Assembly (NCBI RefSeq): GCF_001194135.2
Contig: NC_068985.1
Span: 60,905,355-60,969,354 of the forward strand
Direction: 5' to 3'
From: Octopus bimaculoides
Taxonomy: Eukaryota
DNA: 64,000 nucleotides
Positions 24,428 to 38,600 of the stretch are shown in pieces. Position numbers and translations under genes: made by a program. Numbering within the stretch: position 1 is the stretch's first letter; every line of letters begins with the position of its first letter. The notes under the pieces were generated by a model. The model was given only the letters and a program-made list of their open reading frames with translations, had not been told where the DNA came from and made no database searches.

Positions 24428-26977
24428 TATATTTAGTTACTCTAGCAGAAATAACAGCCAAAGCTCTCTCAAATTACATCCTAATGGATAAAAATATAGA
24501 GGATGCATTGAATAATGTAGCCCTAAGACTTTCATAGGTCTGCTGTATCAAGGCTGACCCAGGTCTAAACAACAACATCAGTATCTTCAGGTATGTCATT
24601 TAGTAAGGGGCTTGTCAGCAGACAGACAGGCCTGATCCTGTCAAACTGTCCAATCCAGTCTGACATTTGAACCCCTCATAAAGAGATTCACTACTTGTAC
24701 AGTAACATTATTAAGTCAGCAATCACAATTTTTCACCTGCACAGGTATGGTGAAAAGCTGGTTTTCTTGTAATGAAGTTCCTTGTGTCAGAAACCTGAAT
24801 AAGAGGATAGTCTGTGTTTACAGACAGGTGTGGTCAGAAGCCAGGTGAAGTTACAGGTAGTGATCATTGTTCAGGTAAGCTCTTCAAAAGCCATAACATC
24901 TTCCAACAAGAGAAAGTTGATAATCTGGTTTGGTGGTTGTTGTTCAAACCAGGATTAGCCTTGTTCAAACAGACATACAATCAAAAGTTTTCCAGCTGTG
25001 ACCACCTAACTTTCTTCTAGATACAGTATATCTAGGACAACAATTATACAATGTGTCCTTCCTGTTTTCTTTTTTTTTATGTAAATCAGGGTGTTGTGAT
25101 TTGAGACGGGGGTGTATTGGCTGCTACTTCTAGTAAGTCAAGTGACCATGTAGAAGCTTCACTGTTTGCATGTTGATAGTTTGGTTGTTGTTTAGTCCTA
25201 GGTGAACTCTATGACCAAACACATTCAGATTATAACTCATATATTTCTGTCTAATGTCTAATGTGTTCTTGTTTTAATAATAATTAGATTTTATTTAAGG
25301 AAATTTGGTTGTTATTTCTAGATGCTCCCATATTGGGCTGACTAAAAGCAATGAGGAATGCAGTAACAAGATGGTAGTAGTCGTAGATTTAACAAATTGT
25401 TTCTTCATTAATAGATATTCATGAGGTAGGGTAGAAACTGAAGTATATGAGAGCAAAGATACTGACGTAACACACACACACACATATACACTGCATAGAT
25501 ATGATGTAACATAAACTACAGGATGGGCAGATAAACAATTTATGTGTGTGCACACATGTATGTATCTACCTTATGTATAACTATCTACGAGTGTATGTGT
25601 GTGTGCACATGTGTCTCACACACACATAAGAATATAGGTAGTTCAGAGTGCTTCTTTGTTAAGTTATCTTAAAACTGGAGCCAAGATCAAAACAAACATT
25701 TATTTAGAACTGAGATAAGCCAGAGAACTAAGATGATATTGTTTGACTTAGTAATAACACAATTTACAAGTCACCTTCTAACTCGCTTTTGCTGGAGAAA
25801 TAAAGTCCATGTGCTTTCATAAAGCCTGTAATTTTTAATACATTTGGGGCTTACTACACACTGTAACACCTGCAATAGATTATCAGTAATTACAATTTGA
25901 GCATCAACCTTAGGTAAACAACAGTTGTTTGACCTTAAAATTGCCTGTGGTTACAACAGATTAAACAGCTAAGTTTTAGGTGTAGGCGAAGGAAACTAGA
26001 AACTAATTAAAAATTTTAACTGTTTTGTATGGTGACCAATCCCACACTCTTATTTTATGGTGTAGAATAATTTCATACTTCGGATTCTACATAATTTCTT
26101 ACATAATCACAAGGCCAGAAATTTGAGGGAGAAGGAACAGTTGATGAGATCAACCCTAGTATTTGACTGGTACTTTATTTCATTGATCATAGAAGAATGA
26201 AAGGCAAAGTTAACCTCAGCAGAATTTGAACTCAGAACATAAAGGCCTGTGAATAAATACTGCAATGCCCAAATGATTCCTCCACCCTAATGAATTCCAC
26301 ATAACAGCAAAATGCACATCACAATCAATGAAGAAGACAGAATAACAACTTCAGCAGACCATGATCTAAATGATGTGAGTGACAGGTAGATCAATCAAGA
26401 AACAGAACCATTAACAATCATGATGGCAGTATGAGATAATTGATGAAAGATAGAATGACAACTATAACAAAATTGGATATAAATGGAGCAATTAACAGGT
26501 AGATACATAAAACTATTGAACCAACCAATGAATAAGTGATAAAAAAATAAACATATTTGAAAAGAAATAAAATACAGCTTGGGAAAATGGGGTTTGATTA
26601 TGCATTAGATAATCTATCTAGGTTGTCCCACAGGACACCCCTGTTAGATAAGCAAAGACAAAATGACCAGTAAATTGGGCAAGGGAAATGTTATTCAGTA
26701 AAACAAGAACAATCAAGGAATTAACAAATGAATCAATGACAATTGTAGGCAACACTAATAAAATAACATTAGAAAGCAGTAATGAAAATTATAGACAAAA
26801 AAATGAACCATCTTTCATGTATGTAAATAAACCCAGCCAAAATATTGAAAGAAAACATTCTTAACAGATGACTGCAGTGGTGTAAAACACAAGTCATAAG
26901 AAAAAGTCAATGTACATAAACAGATACTCTATACCATGAATTGAGTACTAACTTCCTTTTCCCCTGACAAACTGTGA

Positions 26978-27029
<52 letters not shown>

Positions 27030-27699
27030 GTGGGGGAAGTTTTGCCCAAGCAGTGTCAATACAAAGACAAGCAGTAACAAAGAAACACACACATACATGC
27101 ATAATGGTTTTCTGTAGATATCCCATTTACCAAATTTCATTCACAAGGCATTGATCAACTCTAGACTATAGTAAAAAGCATGCTCAAGGTGTCGCACAAT
27201 GGGATTGAATCTGAAATCACATGGTTGCAGAGTGAACTTGTTTAACCACACAGCCACACCTGCCCTTTTGTCAATCACAGAAATAATGATGTGCCGCATG
27301 CTCATGACACATTATTATCACACACACACACAAACTTTAGAGATGTGATGTACTTTGTTTAATGTGTATATTGTGAAAAAGAACCTCTATGTGATTTTTC
27401 GGCCTGCTAGAAATAGCAGTTAAATCTTTATATTATACCCTACCATCCTGGAAAGAAAAAGACTTATTGGATTATATAGTCATAGATACACAACTCCTGA
27501 GAAAACAACTGGATGGACAAGGCTAGAATGCCACTGATAGTAGATTTAGCAGAATCAAAACCAACCTAGGGCAAAAGAGCAACAACATTTATTATATATA
27601 TTATAAAGTTAATTACTGTAGACCTCAATTTGGTATAGTTCATATCAGAGTTTCAACTGAATTTTATCTGAGACACATGCATGTATATGTAATTTTTAT

Positions 27700-29080
27700 C
27701 CATTAAGGATATGAAAACAGGGAAAGCCCCATGGCCCATCTGGAATCAATGCTGAGATGCTTAAAATATCTGGCAGTGTGGGTTATGTAAATCAGGTGGT
27801 TTATGAAGGAGTCATACCCAATAACTGGTGTAGTAGCACCATAGTCAACTGTTACAAAGGTAAAGGTGATACCTTAGAAATAATTACAGAGGTATCAAAT
27901 TGTTGGATCCGGCGATGAAAGTTACAGAGAGGGTCGTAGCCCAATTCTGGAGAGAGTTAGTCTAGATGAGATGCAGTTTGGTTTTGTGTCAAGGAGAAGC
28001 ACCACTGATGCAATATTTCTGGTAAGGCAGCTGCAGGAGAAATACATAGTCAAGGATAAACCTTTGTACTTAGCTTTTGTTGATTTGGAGAAAGCCTTTG
28101 ACAGGGTCCCCTGATTGCTGATCTGGTGATCAATGCAGAAACTAGGAACAGACGAGTGGCTGATGAGAGTTGTACAAGCCATGTACAGAGATACTACCAG
28201 TAAGCAACAAAGAGCCTTTCTCTCAGAGTGAAAGGCAGATTGTATGATGCCTGTGTGCAAACAGCTATGCTACATGGCAGTGAAACATGGGCTGTGACGG
28301 CTGAGATCATGCGTAGGCTTGAAAGAAATGAAGCCAGTATGCTTTGCTGGATGTGCAATGTTAGTGTGCATGTACGACAGAATGTAAGCATCTTGAGAGA
28401 AAAGTTAGGCATAAGTGGAATCAGATGTGGTATGCAAGAGAGACGACTGCACTGATATGGTCATGTGATGCATATGGACAAGGACAGCTGTGAAAAGAAA
28501 TTTCGATCTCTAACTGTGGAAGGAACCTGTGGTAGAGGTAGATCCAGGAAGACATGGGACGAGCACAATCTTTGAATTTTGGGCCTCACAGAGGCAATGA
28601 TTAGTGACCGAGACCTTTGGCGATACGCTGTGCTTGAGAAGATCCGTCAAACCAAGTGAAATTGTAGTCATAGCTGATGCTGGTGTCATGTAACTGGTAC
28701 CCATGCTGGTAGCATGTAAAAATCACCTTTTGAGTGTTGGGCCTCACAGAGGGAAAGTGGCCAATGCCGGTGGCACATGAAAAGCTCTTTCGAGTGTTGG
28801 GCCTCATGGAGGCAATGACTGAGACCATTGGCATTATGTCATGCTTGAGAAGAAGACCCATCAAGCCAAGTAAAATCACAGTCATGGAAGATACCGGTGT
28901 CATGGAAATGGTACATAAAAGCACCCATTAGACTCTCAGAATGGTTGGCATTAGGAAGTGCATCCAGCCATAGAAACCACACCAAATCAGACTGGGGGCT
29001 GGTGCAGCCTTCCAGCTTGCTAGCCCTGGTCAAACCATCCAACCCATGCCAGTATAGACAATGGATGTTAAATGATGACA
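27700..29080 (+). mobile_element. RTE/RTEX-type LINE, 5'-truncated and internally deleted, with 3' UTR
   Basis: Frameshifted RT peptides: DMKTGK.., NYRGIKLLD, DEMQFGF..STTDAIFLVRQLQEKY..LYLAFVDLEKAFDRVP. A deletion follows, then KGRLYDACVQTAMLHGSETWAV..QERRLH. It ends in the ccaacccatgc..gatgttaaatgatga tail. Confidence 0.92.
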
Positions 29081-32012
29081 ATAATGGCTGTTGTTAAATC
29101 ATGATAGACAATGACAATAACAACAGATTTACAGCTTTTCTCTGTAGCTGTGTTTACCAGAAGACCAAGGATCACCATTGTGTAATACCGGCAAGGGTTC
29201 CAGTCGGTATGATTAACAGAACAGCCTGCACATGAAATTAACATGCAAGTGGCTGAACACTCCACATCCACGTGTACCCTTAATGTAGTTCTTGGGGAGA
29301 TTCAGCATGACACAATGTGACAAGGCCGGTCCTTTGAAATACAGGTACTATTCATTTTTGCCAGTTGAGTGGACAGGAGCAATGTGAAATAAAGTGACTT
29401 GCACAGGGACAAAATTTGCCACTGGGAACTGAACTCATGACCTTACTATCACGAGCCAAACTACTAAGCCATATGGGATATGTGACAGCATGGATAATGA
29501 TGAAGGTGGAGTGATGGTGAATGAGTTAGTGGTAGTGGTGAAAGTGATGGCTTTTGGATGGTGATAGTATTGGTGATAGTGGTGGTGATGGTATTGATGG
29601 TGGCGGTAACAGCTGTTTGGCAACAGTAATAATGAGTTTCTCCTTACATCTCTCATTTTCATGACTTAAATAAACAAGTCAATAATTCCAACTGAACCAT
29701 TACAAATACCAGGAAGATATATCAAATTATCTCCTACAATTATTCCTTATTATCATGGGTAGAAATGTGTTGAGGTCAATGATGATTGCCTGCCGAATTT
29801 AACATCTATGAAGCAGCACAAGATTATGTAGGTCAATCTAAGATCCACGAGTCCTATTGCCAACCAAGTAGAAGATGGATGTCAGCTACTCTGCATTGCT
29901 TTATACACACATGCTTACAGTTGAGATGTTTGGTTAGTGATGTATCAAAAATTTGATCTTCATTACAGATGATATGTCTCTAAATATGTTGATTATTATT
30001 CAACCATTTGTTCTGCCACTAAATGTGCATGAATTTTCCTCAGACATTTCTGGTGATATATTTCTAACATCTAGAGATGTCAACTTATAACTAGTCCAGG
30101 TTTCTGAGCTATACAGGAGTTACAACAACAGCTGTTGTACGACTACATTAAATAGTAAAGAAGAAAAGTGTAAACAGTTCTGTAGAAACATTAAATATTC
30201 TGTAGGCTGTTCATATAGAATTTTCTATTCTTGATAAGTGAGAAACATTGTCATTCATAAAAAACAGATCTTCTCACATGCAAAGGTGAGGAGTGGTGTT
30301 ATGTGAACATCAGGCTTTTCTGGAATGGTTTAACAATCTTTGAAAAGAAGAAAAAACAACTACATCTGGGAATGAAACTGGGTTTTGGACTCTGCTGGTC
30401 AAGATCTTACTATTATTTTCCTGAGTTCATCAAATAATGATCACTAATACAGGAACATAACCCCAGCTTTATGATTTACAAAGGAGTTACAATAGGAGTT
30501 GTGATACCCTCAAAAAGCCCCCTTGTGTTGAAAGCGGGTCTCTATGATATTAAGATTGACTCTAAGGATCTCTGCTATCAGGATGGCTTCTCATTTTGCC
30601 TCTCATCCTGTCTCAGTCAATAAAGTAGATGGTTGGGCCAAAGTAGTTGATATTAACTTAGAAAGTGTTGTCCGGCATGGCTACAGTCTATGAAACCAGT
30701 AAAACAATTTAATAAGTGTAATCTTAGTCTCATAAACAAAGGTATCCTAAATGTATAACATTGTCATGACTATCTTAGATCAGTAAATAAGCTCTGCAAA
30801 TAACAAATACTCAGTCCTCCACTACATAACCCTAACAGGTCAATAAGTAGTATTCCTACAGAGAGATCACAATACTTACTGTATATTTTTGCACCCAACT
30901 CTACATTGCACACACTAAGCAAATCTTCCCCCAAACTGTTCATTTTGGCTCCAACAAACTCATTACTGTGCTCACAAGAAAATTCCTATCAGATATTAAG
31001 CCTTCTGATAGGCAATTCCACTAAAGATACCCAAAGGAGTGGGGGTATTAAACCTGGTGATAGATTAAATCTGATACCAAAGAACAGGAATGGTGGTACC
31101 TTCTGAAAGCTTCCAAACAGTTTCTCTTTACCAAACTCTACTTACAAATGGGTCCAATCAAATCAGCAATAGAAAACTGAACCCTAAACTACAGTGTTGT
31201 GAAGTGAACTCAACAACACAGCCATGAATGTGATTCTTCACTGGTTAGTAATTACTTGGATACCCACAATGACATACATTGTCATCATTGCTCAGATGGT
31301 AGCCATGCTGATCTCTCAGATTGTGGCCATATTGATCTATTGCCCTATATGGCCCACCTAATATTATCTAAATCAAACCCCAAAATAGTAACCAAATCAC
31401 ACTCATACTATTTTTAAAATGAAGTAACAATAAACAAGGTAATCCACAGACCCTGAAAGAAAGATAAACACAGCTGAAAACAATAAGGGTTACCGACAAC
31501 AACAAAAATCAGTAACAATCAAATTACTTATTAATAAATTAACTGAAAGTATTTTCAGTTGAAAAAAATGATTTAGAATGACAAACCTAGCACTGATTCA
31601 GGATAACAGAAAGAAATATTGCAAATAGAAGATTAAGTGTATGGAGTGAAGAAGGAAATGTAGTGAGATGATATAATAAGAGAAACAGTGAAGTAGGAGG
31701 GAGTGTAGTGATGAGAGAATGGTGGTAACAGTGTAGATTGTAATAAATATGTATGATCTATTAACATCCTTAAAGAAAGAAGAAATTGATGATACTTAAC
31801 TATTTCCGTGGGGAAATGTTCCAGAAAGATATCTGACCAGACAGATGGCATATTTTCACCTCCCTTGTTTCACAGTTACACAACAAATACACTAACTACT
31901 TTACTTTGTGCATGCAAGCACTACATGCTATGTATTTAAATATGTATGTGTTTATGTGTGTGTGTGCAGGTGGTTGCATGTATACAGATATGTTCACATA
32001 TACACAGGCAAT

Positions 32013-32055
<43 letters not shown>

Positions 32056-33550
32056 AACACTTGCTCTTCCAACCAACCCCAAATCAGGGTCCAACCATCT
32101 GGATGAAAGGAACAAAAGCAGATTTATACAAGATTTGATGGGAAGTGAGAAATTGTGAGCAGATGTCAACTTAAAGTGACTGGAGGGGGTGTCATTAGAA
32201 GATACGAACAGCAAAGAAGATTAGCAGTGGTGTGGTAGGGAGAAAGAAGATAGAAACGCCTTGTTGTATTTACTTACAAAAATACTGAGTTCAAATCATG
32301 CTGAAGTCAACATTACCTTTCATCCTATGGATGGATGGAAGAGAGGAAGGAAATCAGTAAGATAAAAAAGAAACACCAAAAGTGTCCATCTTGTGCCAAT
32401 GATAGAAATCACATAAAGACAAATGAAGGTAGAAATACCAGCACCAAAAGTTTCTGGCCCCTACATTCCAAGTTTAAATCCTGTCAAGGTCAATTTTGTG
32501 CTCTATCATTCCTGGGATGATTATGATGTGTGTGTGTGTGTGTGTGAAATTAATAGAAGAGACAACAGGAATATTGGAAGGGCAGGACAGTTGTACTCCT
32601 CTATGCTCTTAGCTTAAATTTCACCAGGGCTGACTCTACCTTTCATTATTCAATGGTTAATAAGATAAGTAGTACTGTAGGACTGGGCTTGTTTTAATTG
32701 ACAGCTCCTGTCCATTATATTTGTGCCTACATTAGAAATTATTATTGCTACCCTCATATATCTCACATACACACATATACAAACTCCACGCTTATTTCAA
32801 ATACTCTACAAGTGTTAAACTAACACCATGTTCATTGTACTTTGTTCTTCTTTTGTGGTTCAGTTATCCAACCCATGCTAGCATGGAACATGGGTGTTAA
32901 ATGATGACACTGATGATAATTTTATGCCCACTTTCCATGCTTTTGGTTGGATGGAACATCAGTTCACATCCTTTCTCATTGGAAGCTACTGCTGTCATAC
33001 TTGAACGCATCACTTGGCTTGGTTTCTAAGAGTCAATAGTCTTCACATCACCAACCATTTTACAGTGTGCATTGTGTGCATTTTCTCAAGACACCAGCAC
33101 CAGAAAGGATGATAAATCTTAGGAGAAACAAGACTAATGGGACTGCCCAACCCTATACTTTCTCTGTTTATTCACTTAAACAGTGGGTACTGGGTACACC
33201 AAGTCCTCAGTAAGCTATGACTAAAAGGACCTCTCAACCCTAATTCCCCACCTCTGCCACACACACAAAGTGCAAGGCTAAGAGGATAGATTAATTTTAT
33301 TGAGGGTTTGACACTACCATATTGCTGATGTCATGAAAAAAATACATTCTGTAAAGTGGTTGGTGTTAGAAAGGGCACCCAGCAAGCTAGAATGCAAAGT
33401 CATGAGTGAAATGTGACCCTCCAATCCTTGAGGTGAGTAGCACCTCTAAATATGTGCTGATGCCATCTGTAGCAACCCATTCTATGCATGCCAGCATGGA
33501 AAGTAAATATATGATGATGATGATACATGTGTGTGTATGTGTGTATGCGT

Positions 33551-33585
<35 letters not shown>

Positions 33586-35606
33586 GCATCAAACAGGTTT
33601 CATTGCCCAATTTGTTTTCTAATTATTCATGAAAACTCACTTTTACAAAGAACATTTATCACTTAAGAAAAAAATAAGTAAAAAAGGGAATAAAAAAAGC
33701 CTTTCAATATTTTAATTAATTAAAAACCAACTATTTTCTTTTTTTCTATGTCTTTCTCTTTTTACATTTTTTCTAACATATTTTATTTTTCTCCTGAAAT
33801 ATTTGAAGGAAACAAAATTTAACAAGTAGAAATTATTTCAAAGGATTTCTTTCTGTAAGGCAAGATTGATGAGATTAAGGTTGTTAGTGGTGTTGCAGAC
33901 ACAACAGATTTTAAGAGAGAGAATATGTTGGCCTCTAGGGTATACATATGTACACACACACACACACACACATATATATGAAATCTGTCAAGTTGATGAC
34001 ATACATATATTTACAGAGACAATAAGTAGTAGCAGCAGTAAACTATATGTAATGGCTTTTGTAGTTAAAAAAACAGTAATTGTGTAAAAATGCTAATTGT
34101 TGTTAATGAGTTTACAAAAAAATTTATAAAAAAAAAGAGAAAACTAAATATTTTTATCTTGGACAGTTTGAAAAAATGTTTCATTTGTTTAAATAAACAA
34201 ATTGTGTGTGTGTGTGTGTGTGTGTTCATGATATGTTATATAGCACTGAACTTAAAAGTGTCTGTTGCTACTGTTGTGAATAAACAAGAATAATAACCCT
34301 TCTAATAGAGATACAAGGCCAAAAATCTTGAGGGATTATGTTTAGTTGATACTATTCATCCCAGGTACTTGAATGGTACTTTATTTTATCAACTCCAAAA
34401 TGATGAAAGGCAAAGCTGACATTGGCACAATTTGAACTTAAAACATAGAGCTGCAAAAAATACAGCAAAATATTTTTTCAAATAATATAACCATTCTGCC
34501 AAATAATAATGATTTCAAATTCTGGAACAAGGCCAGGAATGGTTAAGCTAATTACATAGACCCCAGTGTTCAACTGGTACTTATTTTATTGACCTTGAAA
34601 GGATGAAAAGCAAAGTTGACCTTGACGAAATTTGAACCCAGAATGTAAAAAGTCAGAAGAAAAGCCACTGAGGCTTTTCACATTCTGGGTTCAATAATGA
34701 CACAGATACGAAAATGTGTTTTTCATATAGTGGCAATTATGCTAGCACTATAAAAAAGAAATACTAACAGACAAGAGAGGATAGAGACATACACCAGAAA
34801 AGGTCTCAGAGAATGGTAAAGTAATCATATTCTGGACTATATCAATACACACAAACAGGGGATTGAAAATTGATAACTTTTAACATTAATTTGGTTTGAA
34901 GTGGTTGTATCTAGGATATTGTCAGACTTTCCAAACTAACCCAGCACCACAAGTTCATGATTCCCTTCTTCTTTAGTTATACACTACCTCTCACTTCTTA
35001 AAGAGATGAACTGCATTTCCTATGGTACATGTTTTACAATATTTTATACTGATCCAATGAGGGCCACCATTGCAGAAGACATAGAAGGGTATCAGATAAA
35101 ATTCAAAATTATCAACCTGAAGCCTCAACAGACTAGAAGACAAAACTTTTATAAATCCCAATATTTGGCTTTCCCAACTAGGCACTATGTCTATATTTTA
35201 CTGTATCTCTTGGTTTTAAGAATAAGTATACCATATCACATAGGTATACCATGTCATAAAAGGTGACTAAAAAGGTTGGAGAGAGAAAGGGCAACCAGCT
35301 ATAAATGCCTGCCTTAAAAAGCCTCATCTAGCCTATAACAGTTTGAAGAAGCAAATGTAAAACTATAAAATGACGACATGAAATGATGAGAAAAGTTGAA
35401 CTCAACACTCTCAGATTTTAGGTATTCCTCACTGCCAATATATTGGTTGATACACTTGTCCCACTCCTCACCACCACAAAGGTAGCAGGCCTCAATAATT
35501 GGTAAAGACCAACCATGAAAATTAGGGTACAATACTCTGATTATTAGAACTAAATTAAAACAAAATACAATAAGAGGTTGTTAATTAAAGATTAAGAGTA
35601 TCTTAC

Positions 35607-35663
35607 CTTCTCAGATTCTGGTAATCCAGTTAAGGTATAAGATATTGCGAGAGGGAGAGACAT
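35607..35663 (-). CDS. Putative alternative first coding exon MSLPLAISYTLTGLPESEK of a short PHLDB isoform
   Basis: aaaacATG start context, 57-nt open frame and consensus donor AAG|gtaaga in phase 0, compatible with the 12453 acceptor. No upstream acceptor is visible. No expression evidence. Confidence 0.45.
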
Positions 35664-38600
35664 GTTTTTATGTCTATCCTTCTGGTCTGTATGTTCCCCC
35701 CACCCAGTTTTTCTGTATTTATATTTATATTTATTGTCACGTTGCTGCTGTTGTGTTAATACATTTAGGAATTTATATCCCCAAATGAATGAAGCAATGG
35801 CAAAATAGAGGAAGACAGTTTTCCTGGAAATTTTTATTTGATAATTAGTTAATTATGTGAAAATTGATATTATTGTAACATCTAAATTATAGTAAGAGAA
35901 ATAATAATTAAGCAGAAATGTAAATTAACAAAGTCTAGCAGTTGAAGTTGGTAAGTTAAAGCGGAAAATACTAACAAACATTAAACTATTGAGAATATGT
36001 AAGTTGTAGGTGAGACAAGTATATTGGGCAGTGAGCAGCTACTTCTAAAGACACTTCTTACAAAGGTAAGTATGTCAACCTGAGAGAGAGGAGAGGGGAG
36101 AAGGAATAGCAGAGTAGGTAATGTTACTTCTTTAGATCAGCTGTTTACTTTAAGAGAGAAAGGTACAACACAGAGAAATGGAAATAAAAAGGAAGGAAAG
36201 TAATTCTTTGATGTGAGAGAGGAGGGGGGGTGAAATGCTGTAGATAAACTATAGAGAGTGTGGAAGGAAGGAGACACTAGATAAAGTAGATAAAGTTAAG
36301 TAGAGAGTATGAGAAGACACTCCAGTTAAACTACTTGAAATAGAGAGTGTAAGCATAGGTGGGAGGGAGTTATTCTAGTTAAATTATTGAGTGTGAGTGA
36401 AAGATGGAGACACCCCCAGTTCAACAATAGATGAAGCAGCGATTTTGAAGATTAAGAAACTATAATAAAGATGAGTTGGGATGAAATTGAAATTCCAAGA
36501 AAGATTAAGACCAAGGAAAAATAAGTAGAGGTCACACAGTTACCATCAACACCACCACTGACACTGCAACCACCATCATCACCAGTATCACCACCATTGA
36601 TACTACAACATCATCAGTGTCACTGTAGTCTTGTATACAGGATGGTCATGGATGGAATGCTTTTGATTAAAGGGTTGACATAGGGTTCAACAACAACTAC
36701 AACATAGCAATTGAAAAGTAGAAATAATTGCAGTGTAGAATGTCCCTTATAAGGAGACAGTTCCAGGTTAAGTCTGTTTTAGAGAGGCAGTTCTAAAGTG
36801 TCTCCTTATAAGGTGACAATCTCTGGTTAAAAGGTAAATATTTTAGCAAGAAATGTCAAGTTATACTGAAGTTTAGTCATGAGAAAAAGAGTTAAAGAAA
36901 TCAACTAATTAACTAAATAAAACTAATGAGACTTGTTTTATCAGATTTTTTTTTATATATAAAACCCTATCTTGAAACAGATATCATTACACCTTAGGAA
37001 GGTCATTGTGTCAATACAAACATTATTTGTAGTTTACATCTTTATTGTTTATTAACTAATAGACTTTGAAACTCTGATACTATACATCTGAGTTCCTTTC
37101 AACACTTTCTCTACAGAAATCTTTCCTTTTTTCACAGTAGTATCTATATGTACTTGAGTATAAGAGTGTGTTATCAGGTCCCTATTATGCATGGGATTGG
37201 AGTGGTGGTGGTGCCATGTGTTTGTGCCTCTCGTATTCTGCATGTGTCTCTATAACCATATTCAGCTTTTGGTACTGCCATTTATGTGTGTGTGTGTGTG
37301 TGTGTACGTGCACATACTATCACCATATCATATCTAGTACTATCCTGTGTATCTGTAAGGACATGTGTGTGTGTGTGTGTGTGTATGAGTGTAGCTGTAT
37401 CATTTCTTTAGTATTTCCCAATATGAATCCATCAGCAACACGAGAAGGATAACGCCCAAGTTCCATCCAAGTTTACAGTAGCAACAGAGTTTACAGTATA
37501 TCTGATCCCTGTTCGCTTTACTTGCAACAATGATAAATTGAAGTTTCTCCAAATGTTTATAAAAACAATGAGGCATCACTCAAGCCTTAGAATCATGAGT
37601 TTGAGTAGTCTTTAATCATGCACAAGTATCTGTTACCAGGTGAATGATTTACTTGATTACAAGAGAATCCAAAATACCTCGTACTATCACATTTTGACAA
37701 AAAAGGGCTCAGATATTCTAAGTATTAACAACCCTAACCACTGACTGAATAATAGTAAACTAGTCATCACAAAGTTATAATAAAGTGTTGACTTATTTTG
37801 GTATTAATAATTATTCAAGGTAGGACAGTCATTCAACTCTAAAAAGAACAAAAAAAGTAAATTCAATTAGGTAATAGAGTATGGCTACTACTGGGGATTC
37901 TCATGACTGGAAATTTCAAGGAATTTGAGTATTTCATTTGGTTAATTGTATATTAATATTAATACAAAAAATTATTCAAAATGGGTAAAAGAATGTTGCT
38001 ATAATTTTAGTACCTTTGAAGCTAAGCAGTATCAACATTACATATTGATGGAGTTTAGTAACTGAAAAAATTTTCATTGGTTTTGTAGTCAATTCTGACA
38101 GCTTGATATTCGTGTCATTAGTAAATTCTGTTCTAATTAAAACTGAACAGCTAGTTTTGTATATATTTTCATAGATTTAGTAATATTAAATAGAAATGAT
38201 GCACTACAGAGACAGAAGTCCTTGCAATATCAAATCACTTGAAAAGATTCCTACAAATGGCTACCAGCACAAAAAAAATCACACTTCTTACGGATCAATA
38301 AACAATAGGTTTCTTATTTAACCTTTTGGAGATGGAACCTCATTTGGAGTTTCAGTGCCAAAAAGATGGAGCCCTTTTCAGAAGCCCTACAGAGGGCATG
38401 CACTTATTTTTCAAAAAATAATTATAAAAAATAAAGTAATTACTTTACATATATAAAACTATAGATATTCTTGTAGGAAATTGAATGAACTAATACAATC
38501 TTCTTTGTCATTCGACTTTTCAACTGATAGATTGACCCTATCATCTCCTAAGGGTTAATAATCAACAAAAATCTGCTACTAAAAATATTTATTAGAAACT

